Shown: in pieces, positions 34,418-47,199 of the stretch
Layout of the letters: every line of letters starts with the position of its first letter
Numbering within the stretch: the stretch's first letter is position 1
Assembly (NCBI RefSeq): GCF_000400465.1
Contig: NW_008806279.1
Span: 416,107 to 478,106, forward strand
Direction: 5' to 3'
DNA from: Wallemia ichthyophaga EXF-994
Lineage: Eukaryota; Fungi; Basidiomycota
DNA length: 62,000 nt
The notes under the pieces: model-generated
What the model was told of the DNA's origin: nothing
Database searches by the model: none
What the model saw: the letters and a program-made list of their open reading frames with translations, nothing else
Program-made: the position numbers and the translations under genes

Positions 34418-37383
34418 ATGCTACGTCCATCACACCGTCTCTTAAAAATGACAGAATGGACGGCAAAACACGTCAGGCAGACGTATATAGACTACTTTAA
34501 AGAAAAGCACAATCACAGCTTCGTGCCTTCTTCATCTTCCATCCCTTACGAAGATCCAACGCTTCTGTTCGCAAATGCTGGAATGAACCAATACAAATCC
34601 ATCTTCCTCGGTACGGCTGATAAGAACTCCCCATTCGGTCAACTCAAAAGAGCTGTCAATTCACAGAAATGCGTTAGAGCCGGTGGAAAGCACAATGACC
34701 TCGACGACGTTGGAAAGGACACTTACCACCACACTTTCTTCGAAATGCTTGGTAATTGGAGCTTTGGTGATTACTTCAAGAAAGAAGCTATCGAAATGGC
34801 TTGGAAGTTGCTCGTCGATGTCTACAAACTCAACCCAGACCAACTCTACGTTACTTACTTCGAAGGCGATCAATCTCAAGGCTTAGAACCTGACTTTGAA
34901 GCCAGAGATATTTGGAGAAACCTTGGTTTATCTGATGACCACATTCTCACCGGTGATGCAAAAGATAACTTCTGGGGTGTGTTATACGTCCTTTATCATT
35001 TCAGAATCTAACAAACACCTTTAGAAATGGGTGCTACCGGTCCTTGTGGTCCTTGCTCAGAAATTCATTACGACCGAATTGGTGGCCGAAACGCTGCACA
35101 CATTGTCAACGCGGACGATCCAGACGTTATCGAAATCTGGAACAATGTCTTTATGCAATTCAACCGTGAAGCAGACGGAAGTCTCAGACCGCTGCCTGCC
35201 AAGCACATTGATACTGGTTTAGGTTTCGAGAGATTAGTTTCCATCTTGCAAAACAAATCATCCAACTACGACACCGACGTCTTCACTCCTATCTTCGACA
35301 AAATCCAACAGCTCACCAGAGCTCGCCCATACGCTGGCAAACTCGGTGCTGAGGATGTCGACGGCATAGACACTGCTTACAGAGTTGTCGCTGATCACGT
35401 TCGTACTCTTACTTTCACTATAAGTGACGGTGGTGTACCAAACAATGTCGGTAGAGGCTACGTTCTCAGACGCATCTTGAGAAGAGGCTCTCGCTACGTA
35501 AGAAAGAAGTTTGGTGTCGCTATCGGTAGCTTCTTCTCTTCTCTCGCTCCAGTTGTGATTGAGCAAATGGGAGGCATGTTCCCAGAGATCACTAATAAAT
35601 ATGACGATCTCAAGGAGATTTTAGATGAGGAGGAGGAATCATTTAGTAGAACGCTCGATAGAGGTGAGAAGCTCTTCGAAAGCTTCGCCCAAAAAGCTCT
35701 TCAAACACCTCAAAAGCAGCTTGGTGGTAAGGAGGCGTGGAGATTGTATGACACTTACGGTTTTCCTGTTGATTTGACTCTCTTGATGGCAGAAGAAGCT
35801 GGGCTGACCATCAACCAAGAAGAGTTCGAGAAGGCTAGGCAGGAGTCACATGAATTGTCCAAGTCTACAAAGAAAAAAGGTGAAGCGGAGAGTGTCAAAT
35901 TTGATGTACACGATTTAGCTGCCCTCGACTCGAACAAGATTACCAAGACGGATGACAGCTTCAAGTACACACTTGGTACCATCAACTCCAAGGTCGTTTC
36001 CATCTTCCAAAACCGTCAATTTTACAACTCCACTAAAGACTTGGATTCCACCAAACCGTTCGGTGTTCTCCTCGACAAGACCAACTTCTATGCTGAAAGC
36101 GGTGGTCAAGAAAACGATACAGGTATTATCTCTATCGACGGTGTATCAGACTTTGGTGTGGATGATGTCCAGTCCTACTCTGGTTATGTGCTGCACTCGG
36201 GTGTATTAAAGTATGGTGAACTGAAAGTAAATGACGATGTCATCTCAACATACGACGAGTTACGTAGATGGCCAATCAAAAACAACCATACAGGTACACA
36301 TTTGCTCAACTATGCGCTTAAGGAGGTTTTAGGTGATCACATTGACCAGAAGGGATCTTTGGTCGCCCCAACGAAATTGAGATTCGACTTCAATCACAAG
36401 TCAGGCTTGAACGTTGATGAGCTAACTAAGATTGAAGATATATGCGATCAATTCATCAAGAGGAATGTTGCAGTGTTCTCTCAAGAGTTTAACCTCGACG
36501 ACGCAAAGAAGATTCCAGGATTGAGGGCTGTGTTTGGTGAAGTGTACCCAGATCCTGTTAGAGTTGTGTCTGTCGAATTCAACCCACAGGATATCAAACA
36601 AGACATAGAGAATCCAAAGTGGTCCAAGTCATCGATTGAGTTCTGTGGTGGTACGCATGTGAACACTACTGGTGAAATTAAGCTATTCAAGATTATCGAA
36701 GAGTCTTCAATCGCTAAGGGCATTAGAAGAATAATAGCAGTCACTGCAGATGATGCTATTGAAGTTATTAGAAAGTCATCAGAATTGCAAAATAAGCTAC
36801 AATTCATCAACGGTTTCAGTGACGTGAATGAGAAGGACTTGCAATTAAAGAATTTTGTTGCTGAGCTTGGCCAGGCTGAGATTTCTACTATCAGTAAAAT
36901 CAAATTGAGAGACGAGTTTAACAAGATTAAGAAGGTGGTAGATGATCACAAGAAAGCTCAGGCAGCTAAAGAGGCAAAGATTGCGCAAGATACAATCAAG
37001 AACTACTTTAATGAACACGAGAGCGAGTCTCACTTTGTGGGTCAAATTGAGCTCGGCTCCAACGTCAAAGCTCTCAGTGCGGCTTTGTCAGCCGCTAGAC
37101 CACTTAACAAGACTGTTTATGTCTTTAGCGTTGACAGAGAAGCTAAGAAGATCGCTCATCAGTGTTACATACCTAAAGATAAGCTCAACGACTCCTTCAA
37201 TGCTAAGTTGTGGGCAGCAAAGGTTGCTGAAGTTGTCGGTGGAAAGGTGTGTATGAAGTTCCTGTTTGGATACTCTGTTGACATGAATGATAGGCTGGTG
37301 GTAAAGACGACAGTGCTCAGGGTGTTGGTAGCGAAGTTGACAAAATCGACGAAGCCATCAATGTCGCCAAGTCTCTCCTCTAG
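34418..37383 (+). CDS. ALA1: Alanine--tRNA ligase, 3 exons
   Basis: [74 protein letters not shown], editing motifs HTGTH and EFCGGTH, terminal GGK|AGGK. Confidence 0.98.
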
Positions 37384-37516
37384 GTTATGCTTAGTGCTTT
37401 TTGGAAACAGCATCACTTTTATTCCTTCTGTAAAAATTTGGTCTATATTTATCAAAATCAGTCTGTTGAATGTGAATGGATGAATTTGCGGTTAATGAAA
37501 AAAAAACCTTTTGATA

Positions 37517-39685
37517 TTACCAATTTTGGCTGTGGTTGTTGAATCCTTTTTGTTGATGCGGAGGATAAGGACGCCCACTCGTGTCGTTCACGTTGAGGGC
37601 CGGCGCATGCGTACCCTGCTGCGTACCCTGTTGCCGATTAGACTGAACTTGTGGATGGGAAGCGGATGCTTGCGGTGCTAGTGGTCTGTTACCCGTCAAT
37701 GATGGAGCAGACAAGCGCGCTTTCGTCCGCTGTACATGCTGGGGACGCATACTTTGTTGTTGAGTTGGTGGCATACTCTGACTGGTGTACACGCCGCGAC
37801 CCATATTTTGCCCTACTCCCCCTGCAGAATTAGCATTAGGATTGTGGTAAGGATTTTGATTGATATTAGGACTAGGTGTCACACTTCTCCCATTCCCCGG
37901 AAAGGGCATGGAGGGTTGAAGTTTTGCTGGGCGAACTGTCTGAGGAGTTTGGAAAGTCTGCGCAGATTGCGTCGATTGTCTTTTCATCGCATCGATCTGA
38001 GATTGAAGCGATGTAAATTGGCGTTTAATCTCACCCAACGAGATTTTCGTACGAAGGCTGTCCTGCTGTAGTTCTTCATTTTGACTAGTCAAGACGCCTA
38101 TACGATTGTTCTGTGCATAAATTTCATCTTCATTCTTCTTGCTCTTCTCCTTATACAGCTCTTCCACTCGCTTCATTTCAGCACGCATAGAGTCAGTTGC
38201 ATCTGTTAGTACCTGACTCGTCAAGGTGTTTGACGAAGCTAACATCTTGTTAGCCGATTCTTTGGTATCATCCACTCTCATGTTTAAATCTTGCAATAAG
38301 GGGTCCATTTCTCGCAACTCGCGCCTAATGTACTCCTTTGCGCCTTGTATTTCACGTTTTGTGTACTCCTCCAACCTATCAATATCATTGCTCATCTTTT
38401 CGTAAATATCGTTACGAGTAGTTCTGAAACCTTCCTTGAGGGAATTGATAGAATTCGTTTGTGCGCTAATAGTGTTCTTTATTTCCGAGCTTCTAGGTGA
38501 AAGATCTTGATTATTTGGATTATTTGTGGTAATCTTCTTGAATTCATTAAATGTGAATTCCTTAAAGTCATTGAATTTGTTCAAATCAACAAAGTCTTCG
38601 GCATTATTGACAGCTTTAACGTTGCTTTGGCAAAGCTCATTCAATTCGACTAACAACTCTCCAGCTAATTCGGTAGCTAACTTGCCAGCAATGCTCATGG
38701 AATGCTCTAGTTGAGCTATGCGCAGATCAAATTTGTGCAAGTCTTTTTGATAGTTGGTTGAGGAAATGCCAATCGAGTTACATCCAAATGAGGACTTTAT
38801 AGATTGCTTCTGTTCAAATGTCTCAATTAGATCATTTTCTGATCTCTTCATTTCCAAATTTTTGTTGATTATCTCATTCAATTTGATGGCGAGATTTTCG
38901 TATAAGCTAGATTGTGATGGTTGCACGGGTTGAGTCTCTACGATTTGCTGCATGTTCACATCTGCACTATCCTCGACTTGTTCAGATGGTGTTGTAACGT
39001 TTGATGTTTGATTTGGAGATTTTGGAGCTGCTTGTGGTGCAAAGTTTGGAAGTATCTCTGGTGTTGCATCTTTAACATGCTGTTTTGTTGGTTCTTGTTC
39101 TGGCTGTTTTGATGATTTGAGCTTTTTAGGGGGTGAAGTTGACCTTATTGAAGCACTATGTTTTGCTTGTTGAGCTGATTCTTGTTGATATGGCTTCTGA
39201 GGCACAGATTGAGGCATGGGAGTAGATTTAGGAGGGTGCTGAGGCTGTTGAGTTGCTAGCGTGTGCTTCTTTGATTCTTCGAGCTTATAATATTCATTTT
39301 CCTGTCTAGGCTTTTTCTTTATAGAATCATTAGGGTCATTTATCAGGTCAGTACCTCTATTCCTCTTGATAGCAGGATGTTGAGTTGAATGAATTGGTTG
39401 GGAAGTTGAAGCTGTAGGAGGTGGACCAATCCTGTTAGCTAAAGAACTCGAAGCTGTTCCTGGGTTAGAGCTTCTTGAGCCTCCGATTCTGTCGAGTAAT
39501 CTTTTGCTGGAGTTGGTATTGCTGGAGTTGGTATTGCTGTTGGTGGTGGTGTTAGTGTGGGTGTGGGTGTTGCTGTTGGTATTTCTACTGTCATTAACGC
39601 TGGTGTTGCTACTACTACTACTACTACTACTACTGCTACTACTCCCACTACTCGGCGCTCTCTCCATTCTGTTGAGCAATTTCAT
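37517..39685 (-). CDS. Hypothetical 722-aa protein: low-complexity termini, central coiled coil
   Basis: Long intact ORF with poly-S/N/T N-terminus, KKKPR basic patch, heptad-rich centre and Q/P/N-rich C-terminus. No family recognised. Confidence 0.65.
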   Translation of the reverse strand: MKLLNRMERAPSSGSSSSSSSSSSSSNTSVNDSRNTNSNTHTHTNTTTNSNTNSSNTNSSKRLLDRIGGSRSSNPGTASSSLANRIGPPPTASTSQPIHSTQHPAIKRNRGTDLINDPNDSIKKKPRQENEYYKLEESKKHTLATQQPQHPPKSTPMPQSVPQKPYQQESAQQAKHSASIRSTSPPKKLKSSKQPEQEPTKQHVKDATPEILPNFAPQAAPKSPNQTSNVTTPSEQVEDSADVNMQQIVETQPVQPSQSSLYENLAIKLNEIINKNLEMKRSENDLIETFEQKQSIKSSFGCNSIGISSTNYQKDLHKFDLRIAQLEHSMSIAGKLATELAGELLVELNELCQSNVKAVNNAEDFVDLNKFNDFKEFTFNEFKKITTNNPNNQDLSPRSSEIKNTISAQTNSINSLKEGFRTTRNDIYEKMSNDIDRLEEYTKREIQGAKEYIRRELREMDPLLQDLNMRVDDTKESANKMLASSNTLTSQVLTDATDSMRAEMKRVEELYKEKSKKNEDEIYAQNNRIGVLTSQNEELQQDSLRTKISLGEIKRQFTSLQSQIDAMKRQSTQSAQTFQTPQTVRPAKLQPSMPFPGNGRSVTPSPNINQNPYHNPNANSAGGVGQNMGRGVYTSQSMPPTQQQSMRPQHVQRTKARLSAPSLTGNRPLAPQASASHPQVQSNRQQGTQQGTHAPALNVNDTSGRPYPPHQQKGFNNHSQNW
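39609..39643. repeat. (ACT)n trinucleotide microsatellite encoding poly-Ser on the minus strand
   Basis: CTACTACTACTACTACTACTACTACTGCTACTACT read directly. Confidence 0.9.
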
Positions 39686-39738
39686 CGCTTATCACCGTAC
39701 AAGTGGAAAAGCCATTCATTGATTTTGCTAAATTTATT

Positions 39739-40368
39739 TTATTTTTTACCCAATATTGTGAACACTGTACCAAGAGTACTGTTGACAGTATGTAAGGTTT
39801 CTTGTAGCTCTGAAACTCTATGTGATAATCCATCAATCCTTTTATTAAGCTTAGCTACGTGACCTTCGTTGAGTACGTCTAGTGTGTATAAATTTTGTCT
39901 AAATTCTTGAATACGCGTGTCTAGCTCTGTGCTTAGCTTGTTTGTTGCGTCTAAAGATGCTGTTGCTTGATTTGGGAGATCGTACGCGTCATTAAGCTCA
40001 TCACGCTCCATGATAACCTGAGCAGCCACCTTTACGACTCCCTCACCATCCTCTATCTCTCTACTCAGCTTCTTATATCGCTCTTCTAGCACATCCAACT
40101 CCTCCTGATATCGCTGTTTCACTATCTTCGCGCAGCTTTGATCACCGAAAGAGCCCTTAAGTAATTCCCTGCGCTTGAAAATTTCATACAATTCATCCCT
40201 CTGGCTTCTTATATTTAAATGTGTACTGTGGATCGATTATCTGTGAAACTCCTCTTTACCTTGAACCAAAACTCACTCAATCAACTCATTCAACAAATCC
40301 CCTTTACTTGTTCCAGCCCTTTCGTTACCGCCTATGTTTACACCTAGACTACCACTCGCGTCTGTCAT
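39739..40368 (-). CDS. Hypothetical coiled-coil protein, 2 exons
   Basis: Exon 1 MTDASGSLG...LLNELID, GTGAGT...CACAG intron, spliced in frame to THLNIRSQRDELYEIFKRRELL..., with heptad-rich helices. Confidence 0.6.
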
Positions 40369-40417
40369 GGCTCTTATCAAGAATATTTCATTCAATTTCT
40401 ATTTCTACATTCAATTT

Positions 40418-42066
40418 CTATTTTTTATCTTTCCCTTGGGTTTCTTCCTTCTCCTTGTCGTTTGCGCAGAAGTTGTCTTTGATTTTTCCCCATAGTGATG
40501 AGTTTGATGAGTTTGATGAGTTTCTATTTACATCTCCGTCTCCATCTGTTGCCTTTGCGTCTGACGAATCTGCATCGTCTTTCTTATCTATGTCATCCTT
40601 CTCCCCTGCGTTTACCTCCTTCACCCCTTTGCTCTCCTGCGCCTTCCTCACTTCCTCAGTCACGCTTGGATACTTTCTCCGCACGGCGTTGCCTTCAGTG
40701 ACATCAGAAAACTCTTCAACGATCTCTCTTTGTAATGGTGTGAGGTTGCGAGGGACCTGTACCTGGAATCCGACCATCAGATCTCCCTTCTCGCCACCTC
40801 TGCCGATCCTAGGCACACCCTTGCCTCTAAGCACCATCTCTTCACCGGGCTGTGTACCACTAGGCACGCGTATATCAACCTCGCCATCTAGCGTAGGTAT
40901 TCTCAGTCTCCCACCGAGCATTGCGACGTGAAGAGGTACTTTAGCATTATGGAATAGATGCATGCCCTGTCTGCTGAAATCTTTGCTTGGTGAGACACCG
41001 ATCCGCACGAATAAATCACCAGTAGGACCATCGCCGCTTATTGGTGCGTCTCCTTTACCACTCACTTTAACTCTCATTCCATCTTCTACACCGGCAGGAA
41101 TCTTCACTTCGACTGCACCCTTACCACGTACTTTACCTACACCATCACAGCTATCGCACTCATCGCCTTTCTTGATGGAAGAACCGGAACCTTGACAGAC
41201 TTGACAAGTAGATGCAACCTGGAAACCGCCCTGGATAACGAAAGTGCGCGTACCCATACCGTTGCACGCCTTGCATGTTGATCTAGATTTACCTCTTTTA
41301 AGACCATTACCTTTGCAAGTGCCACAGTTTTTGAGTGGTTTAGTGTCCAGATTTACTGTCTTGCCTTTAGCAGCGTCGAGGAAGGGAATATTTACGTTGA
41401 GCTCAATGTCGTCGCCGCGAGTGACTGTGCTGCCACCGAAGCCACCTCTACCACCACCGCCAGCCCCACTTCCGAAAAGCTGTTCAAAGAGATCAGATGC
41501 ATTGCCACCACCGAAGCCACCGCCAAAGCTGCCACCGCCACCGAATGGGAAACCACCACCGAAAGCATCACCAAAGCCACCAAAACCACCTGCACCACCG
41601 AAAGGACCACCGCGGCTGCCATACATGTTTGGATCAAAGCCTTGTTGTTGAGAGGCAGGACCGAATTGATCGTAGTTCTTCCTCTTTGTATCGTCGGATA
41701 AAGTTTCCCAAGCGGATTGGATTTCAACGAATTTTTCTTTAGCGTTTGGATCTTTGTTGGTGTCAGGGTGGAATTTTCTAGCAAGCTGTGTGAGTTGTGA
41801 GTTGAGTGTAGCCCAAATCCACACGGCAAACTCACTTGGTAGAAGGATTTCTTGATTTCAGAAGTGGGAGCATCTTTGTTAACACCAAGTACTTGATAAG
41901 GGTCTTTGGTCTGTAAAGATGGAGACGTTGATCTGAATGATAATTTTGTGGATGTACTAAACTGCTTGCTACGCCTGCAGAGGCTTCTAGATAGGCTTCT
42001 GGTTGGTGTAGACGTGCTGTTTGAAAGCTGGAATGAAATCTGTAGCTGCTTCTGTGTAACTCTCAT
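40418..42066 (-). CDS. MDJ1: Mitochondrial type I DnaJ co-chaperone, 2 exons
   Basis: R/S/T-rich presequence, J domain with HPD, G/F-rich region, four CxxCxGxG repeats, C-terminal substrate-binding domain. Confidence 0.92.
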
Positions 42067-42171
42067 TATTATCTTTTATCGTATTCTAGGACTTGGTGGA
42101 ATCCTGGAGAGAGAAGACGGGCGAAAGGCAAATCATTGGCTTAAATTTGAATGAATGATGGATATATCTTA

Positions 42172-42855
42172 TTATGTATTCTTGGTAGTCTCAACAGGCT
42201 CATCAGGCTCACTCCCACTCCCACTCTCACTTCCACTCCCACTCCCTGTGCTATCAGCCACATCGTCGTCATCCACAACATCCTCATCATCCATAACCTT
42301 TTGTACTTGAGATTCCTTATAAGCCTCTCTGATCCAGTCATTTGAGTTATCCACTCCACTCAAAACATCCAATGGTTTCTGATCGTGCTTATTTTTCACG
42401 TTGAAGTTTGCACCAGCCTCGATAAGCTCAGTTACTGTAATTTCTCAACTAGACAGCCCAGCTAGACGCTCCACTTACATATATACTCTCTAGCCCTTCT
42501 ATCCATCTTATCGTCACGCATCAGTACGTGCAACGGCGTGTCACCTTCAATCCTGTTCTGTGGATCGACATCCGCATTATCAAACGTAAGCAATCCATCC
42601 AAAACACTTATTGAAGTGTTCTTCACTGCATAATGTAACGCAGTGTTACCCAATCCATCCTTGTAGTTTATATCAAACGGTGTTCCACTTTCTCCAACTT
42701 TGTCTGCCTCCTCAAAAACCTCATCTAGCAAATTCTCATCATCCTGCTTAGCTGCATGTAATAGCCTCTCGTCTGTTGATATCATAACATCTAAGCTTAG
42801 TCTTCTACTTGCCTATACCAAACTCACGTGTTATCTTTATGTCTTGCTCGTTCAT
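42172..42855 (-). CDS. Small ankyrin-repeat protein, 3 exons
   Basis: ERLLHAAKQD, DGLGNTALHYAV, IEGDTPLHV, LIEAGANFNVKNKHDQKP, acidic tail. Confidence 0.8.
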
Positions 42856-43013
42856 TAGTATCTTCTTCACGTTATCCTCTGAATATCAAACAATCAAACA
42901 ATTTCAGTGATGATTGACGTGTTGTGAGTTTATTGTACATTACAAGTGTGTTTTGTAAAATTATTTGCCAACTTGCATCACTTCCTCATAATACAATAAA
43001 TAGATACATCTTT

Positions 43014-46000
43014 TTACAAGTTGGTATTAGCGATTGTTAGCGACTGTGAACAGCGTTAGACGGTCTGTTGGGTATTTCCTGATCCTTATATAACTCACCT
43101 TGGTCGCATTCATCGTCTTGTAAATACCAACAAGTCGATTACTCAATTCAAACATATCATTCCTGAAACACAAATCAGCACCTTGTACGTTCCAAGCTCT
43201 CTTGCTCACCTCAACGATATGATAATGAACTGCGCATCTTTCGTCCTGTCCTTGATATAGTTTGCCACAATCGACACATTTCTGAAATCGAGGGCCGCAT
43301 CAATCTCATCCATAAAGTAGAGTGGCGTGGGCTGAAAAATTTAGCAAATACTCGGTTTATGCCTGATCGGCACCCACCTTATATGCATGCAACGCAAACA
43401 CTAAGGCCAGCGAGCTCAATGTCTTTTCACCACCAGAAAGATTACTGATATTCTTCCAACTCTTCTTTGGCGGCATGACCGAGAAGATGATGCCCTCGCT
43501 GAATGGATCCAGTGAATCAACTAGCTCAAGCTCGGCATTACCACCGAGTGTTATCATCTGTGCGTATTATATCAGTATTGTTAGCCAATTTACCCCCACT
43601 CACCTGGTACATCTCTTTCAATTTGGATGATATTATCGTGAACCCATGCATAAACTCATCCAATCGCTTTTTACGCAGCTCATCGTATGTGCTCTTAGCT
43701 TCATCTCTACGACGAGTCACATCCTGGACATCAGCAGCTCGATCTCTGTATTCCTTTTTGCGCGATTTGTATTCTGCTAGCACCTCTAGATTCACCGTTG
43801 ACTTCTCCACCTTATCTTCGGCTCGTACTATCTCCTTCTTAAGCACATCCAGCTGTATTTCTTGGATTTCTTCCTGCGAGTATGTTTCAAGCTGTGCAGA
43901 CGCTGGTTTAGGTGGTTGCTTTGTCTGTGTTGGCTGTGGTTGTGGTAATGATGCTTCATCCTCTTCCATCTTTTCATCACCCTCACCTTCACCCTCTTGC
44001 TGGATTGAAGGTTCATCCGATTGAGCTAGCGCAGACTCCTGTTCCTCCTCATCGTCCACATCTTGCAATGTAAGTTTGCCCAGTCGTTCTCTATAGATAC
44101 CTATTTTATTTTCAGAATCCTTGAGTATGTTGGTCGTCTCATCCATCTGTCCTTTCAGGTCCGTCTCGAGAGCGTTGAACGACTGCATAGCCAATGCCTC
44201 ATTATCAAGCTGCGCCTTGACTTCATTCAACTCCTCCTGCTTTCCTTCCAGCGCATCTCTCACTTTGTCAACCTCACTTCTCACTCCCTTAGCCTTCGAC
44301 AGTTGTTGATCGTTTTTCTCGCTCACTGCACTAATCTCCTCTTCCAATTTGGCGAGTTTCTTCTCATTATCCTTGACGCTCTTCGCGTAACGACTAATGT
44401 CTTTATTAGACTTGGACAGTGAAACCTCAGCCTTGGTTATGCGCTCACTACACAAACCCATCATCATCTTGGTTGAGTCGACTTTACTTTTCTGCGCGCG
44501 CAGCTTGACACCACCGACCTCCAATATCTTCTCCTGGAGCTGTTCTATCTCGCTTTCAATTGATGATGTCTTGTCCACCAGCTTATCTACCTCTTTCTTC
44601 AGCTTGCTCATTTCCGTATCGAGTGACTTGATACGTTTCGAATCTCCAGCATCTGGCTTACTCTCCTCTTTCATCTTCCTCGCATGTTTTTCAGCCTCGC
44701 TTATCCGTTTCGTGAAAGTAGCCTGGTCGAGTTCAGCCTTTTCAGCCTGAATTTCGAGCTCAGGCGCAAGCTTTCTCAGTCCGCCACATTCGTTTTCAAT
44801 ACTGGCCACTTTCTCTAAAATCTCTCTGAGCTTCTCCTCAACTTTTTCGCGCTCGCTCTCTAGCTGATTGACGGTATCCATCGTCACGGTGTCGGTAGGG
44901 TTAGCGAAAGACGAGCCCATTCCGCCGCGCAAGACCCGCTGTCCACCACCCGACATTGCTCCCGATGCCTCAATAACATTGCCCTGCAAACTAACGACAC
45001 GCCATCTGTTTTTTCCATAGGCGATGCGGTTGCCCTGCGTAAGGTCTTGCGCTACGAGTGTATTTCCGAGTGCCTTGTAGAACGCCGGTATGTACTCCTT
45101 TTTGCGCGGCTGAACAAGATCAATCAGACGCGGCGCATCCTCCGGTGTAGCTAACTTTACTGGCGTTTTACCGGCAAGTTGCTCCAGCACTATGAAAGTA
45201 GCTCTACCGACATTATTCTCACGGAGATGAGCAATGCATGTCTGCGCAGCTTGCACTGTATCGACGACGAAATTATTTAGCCCTCCGCAGGCCGTCGTTA
45301 TTGCAATGTCGTACTTGTCGTGAATCACTCCCAAGCTGCCCAAGCGGCCATGAAAGCCAGAAACTCGACCTGTGTCCCGCAACCGTGTCAGACTTGCCAA
45401 CACAGCATCTTGGGAGCGGTTTGCAGTGAGTGAAGAACGCGCCTCATCGGCTTTGTGGCGTGCTTGGCTGAGATGGCGACGCATATTCCCTTCTTCTTTT
45501 CTCAAATCGCTCAATTGTGATTCAAGTTGGCTCATCTCAGCGGATACTCGCTGACGTTCCGATTGGATGTCAGTAGCAGACGATTTCTTCGTTTCAACTT
45601 GATCCTTGACTGCTTGCAGCTGCTCATCCGCTTCTGCAGCAGCTTTTTGCGCACTATCGGCCTTGGATGAGAGGAGGTCGCGCTCAGAGTCTGCAACGTC
45701 AATCTTCGTCTGCAGGTCGGACAGCTTGGCTTGCCATGGCTGCAGCTCTTTCTGCTTCGATTCGATCTGATCAGTGAAAACTTGTGTTTTGCCTTGGATA
45801 CGTAATCAGATGGTGCTGTTGAGAGTATTATGATACGCTCTTACCTTTCAGTGAATCTATGATAGATTCTAGCTTTCCTTCCTCTGCGCCTAAGCCAGCC
45901 TCATGACTCTCAGTCTCAGCGCGAGCTTTCTCCATCTCCTCAGTGAGCTCGGTGATATTGTGTTGAGCTGTCTTGTGTGCGTGCGAGTCATCCGCCAGAG

Positions 46001-47138
46001 ACTTTTTCAGCTTTTTAATCTTGCTATTGAGATCTTTCATCTTAACGTCGAGTTTTACATTCTCTTTGTTTTTGTCTTCGTGCGACTTTGTTATACGCTT
46101 CATCTCACTTTCCATACCCTTGCACTCCTTCTCGAGACGTTTGTGTTCAGCTTCGAGGTCGCAGAGAGCATCTTTACGACCTGAGACTTTGGATTCTTCC
46201 GAGTGGAGTTGGGTTGAGATTTCTTGGAGGTGTTCATTGCACACGGAGATGTTGTTTGTAAGATCGAAGAGATAGCGTTGGTAGAGAACGTTTTTCTTAC
46301 GAGCTACAGAATTGCAGTCTTTGAGATAAGACTCAGCCTCATCTTTGTGACCCTCTAAACGATCCTTCTCCTTTTCAACGATACGAAGTCTACTGAGACG
46401 CTCACTGCGCTCATCAGAGAGCTTATCCATGTCGACCAGGCTGTCCTCGATGGGCTGCTTGTAGGTGACTGTGCCAACGATGTCTTCAAGGTACTCAAGC
46501 AAGCCATCCTCATGCGGAGAAGGGGCTTTGCTTTTCATTTGAGCGATGGATTCAACCTCGCCCTGTAGAATGAGGAATCTATTATGATCAAGGTCGATGC
46601 CTCTGCCTTTGAGGAGGTTTGTGACGGTAGCGTAGTTGGAAGATTCGCCGTCGATCAAATACTTTGACTGATTGTTCCTCATTGCCATTCTAGTAACAAC
46701 AAGCTGGCTATTGGGTACAATTTGGAAATCCTCGCTGCCAGGCTCATCGAAAATCTCCCTGAAGTGAACCTCCACAGCGCAATGATCAAAATTTGGGTGT
46801 TCTGCGCTGTTATGTATCAACTCAGATAGCTTCGATTGACGCATCTTGTTGGCACGATAACCGAAAACGAAGAGTAACGCGTCGATAGTGTTGCTCTTTC
46901 CACTTCCATTTGGTCCAACGATAGAGGAGAATGACTTTACCCGTTTCAGCTGTGCACTCTACGCGCAAACACGCGTACTCACTTTATGAAATGGTCCAAT
47001 AACCTGAGTACCCGCGAATGATTTGAAATTTATAAGTGCTAGCTGGTGTATCACTAGCCGTGACCGCTTTGGTTTCTCTTCTGGCTGTTCTGGCTGCTCT
47101 GGCTGCTTGTTCGACTCTCCAAGCACATCATCACTCAT
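43014..47138 (-). CDS. SMC4: Condensin subunit SMC4, multi-exon
   Basis: LINFKSFAG...GPFHK|SFSSIVGPNGSGKSN (Walker A), FLILQGEVESI, hinge GFHGRLGSLG, LSGGEKTLSSLAL (signature), PTPLYFMDEIDAALD (Walker B). Confidence 0.97.
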
Positions 47139-47199
47139 CGTGGTTGATAACAAAGAACATTTTATCATTTTCTACATTTATTCATTAATTTTATATCAT

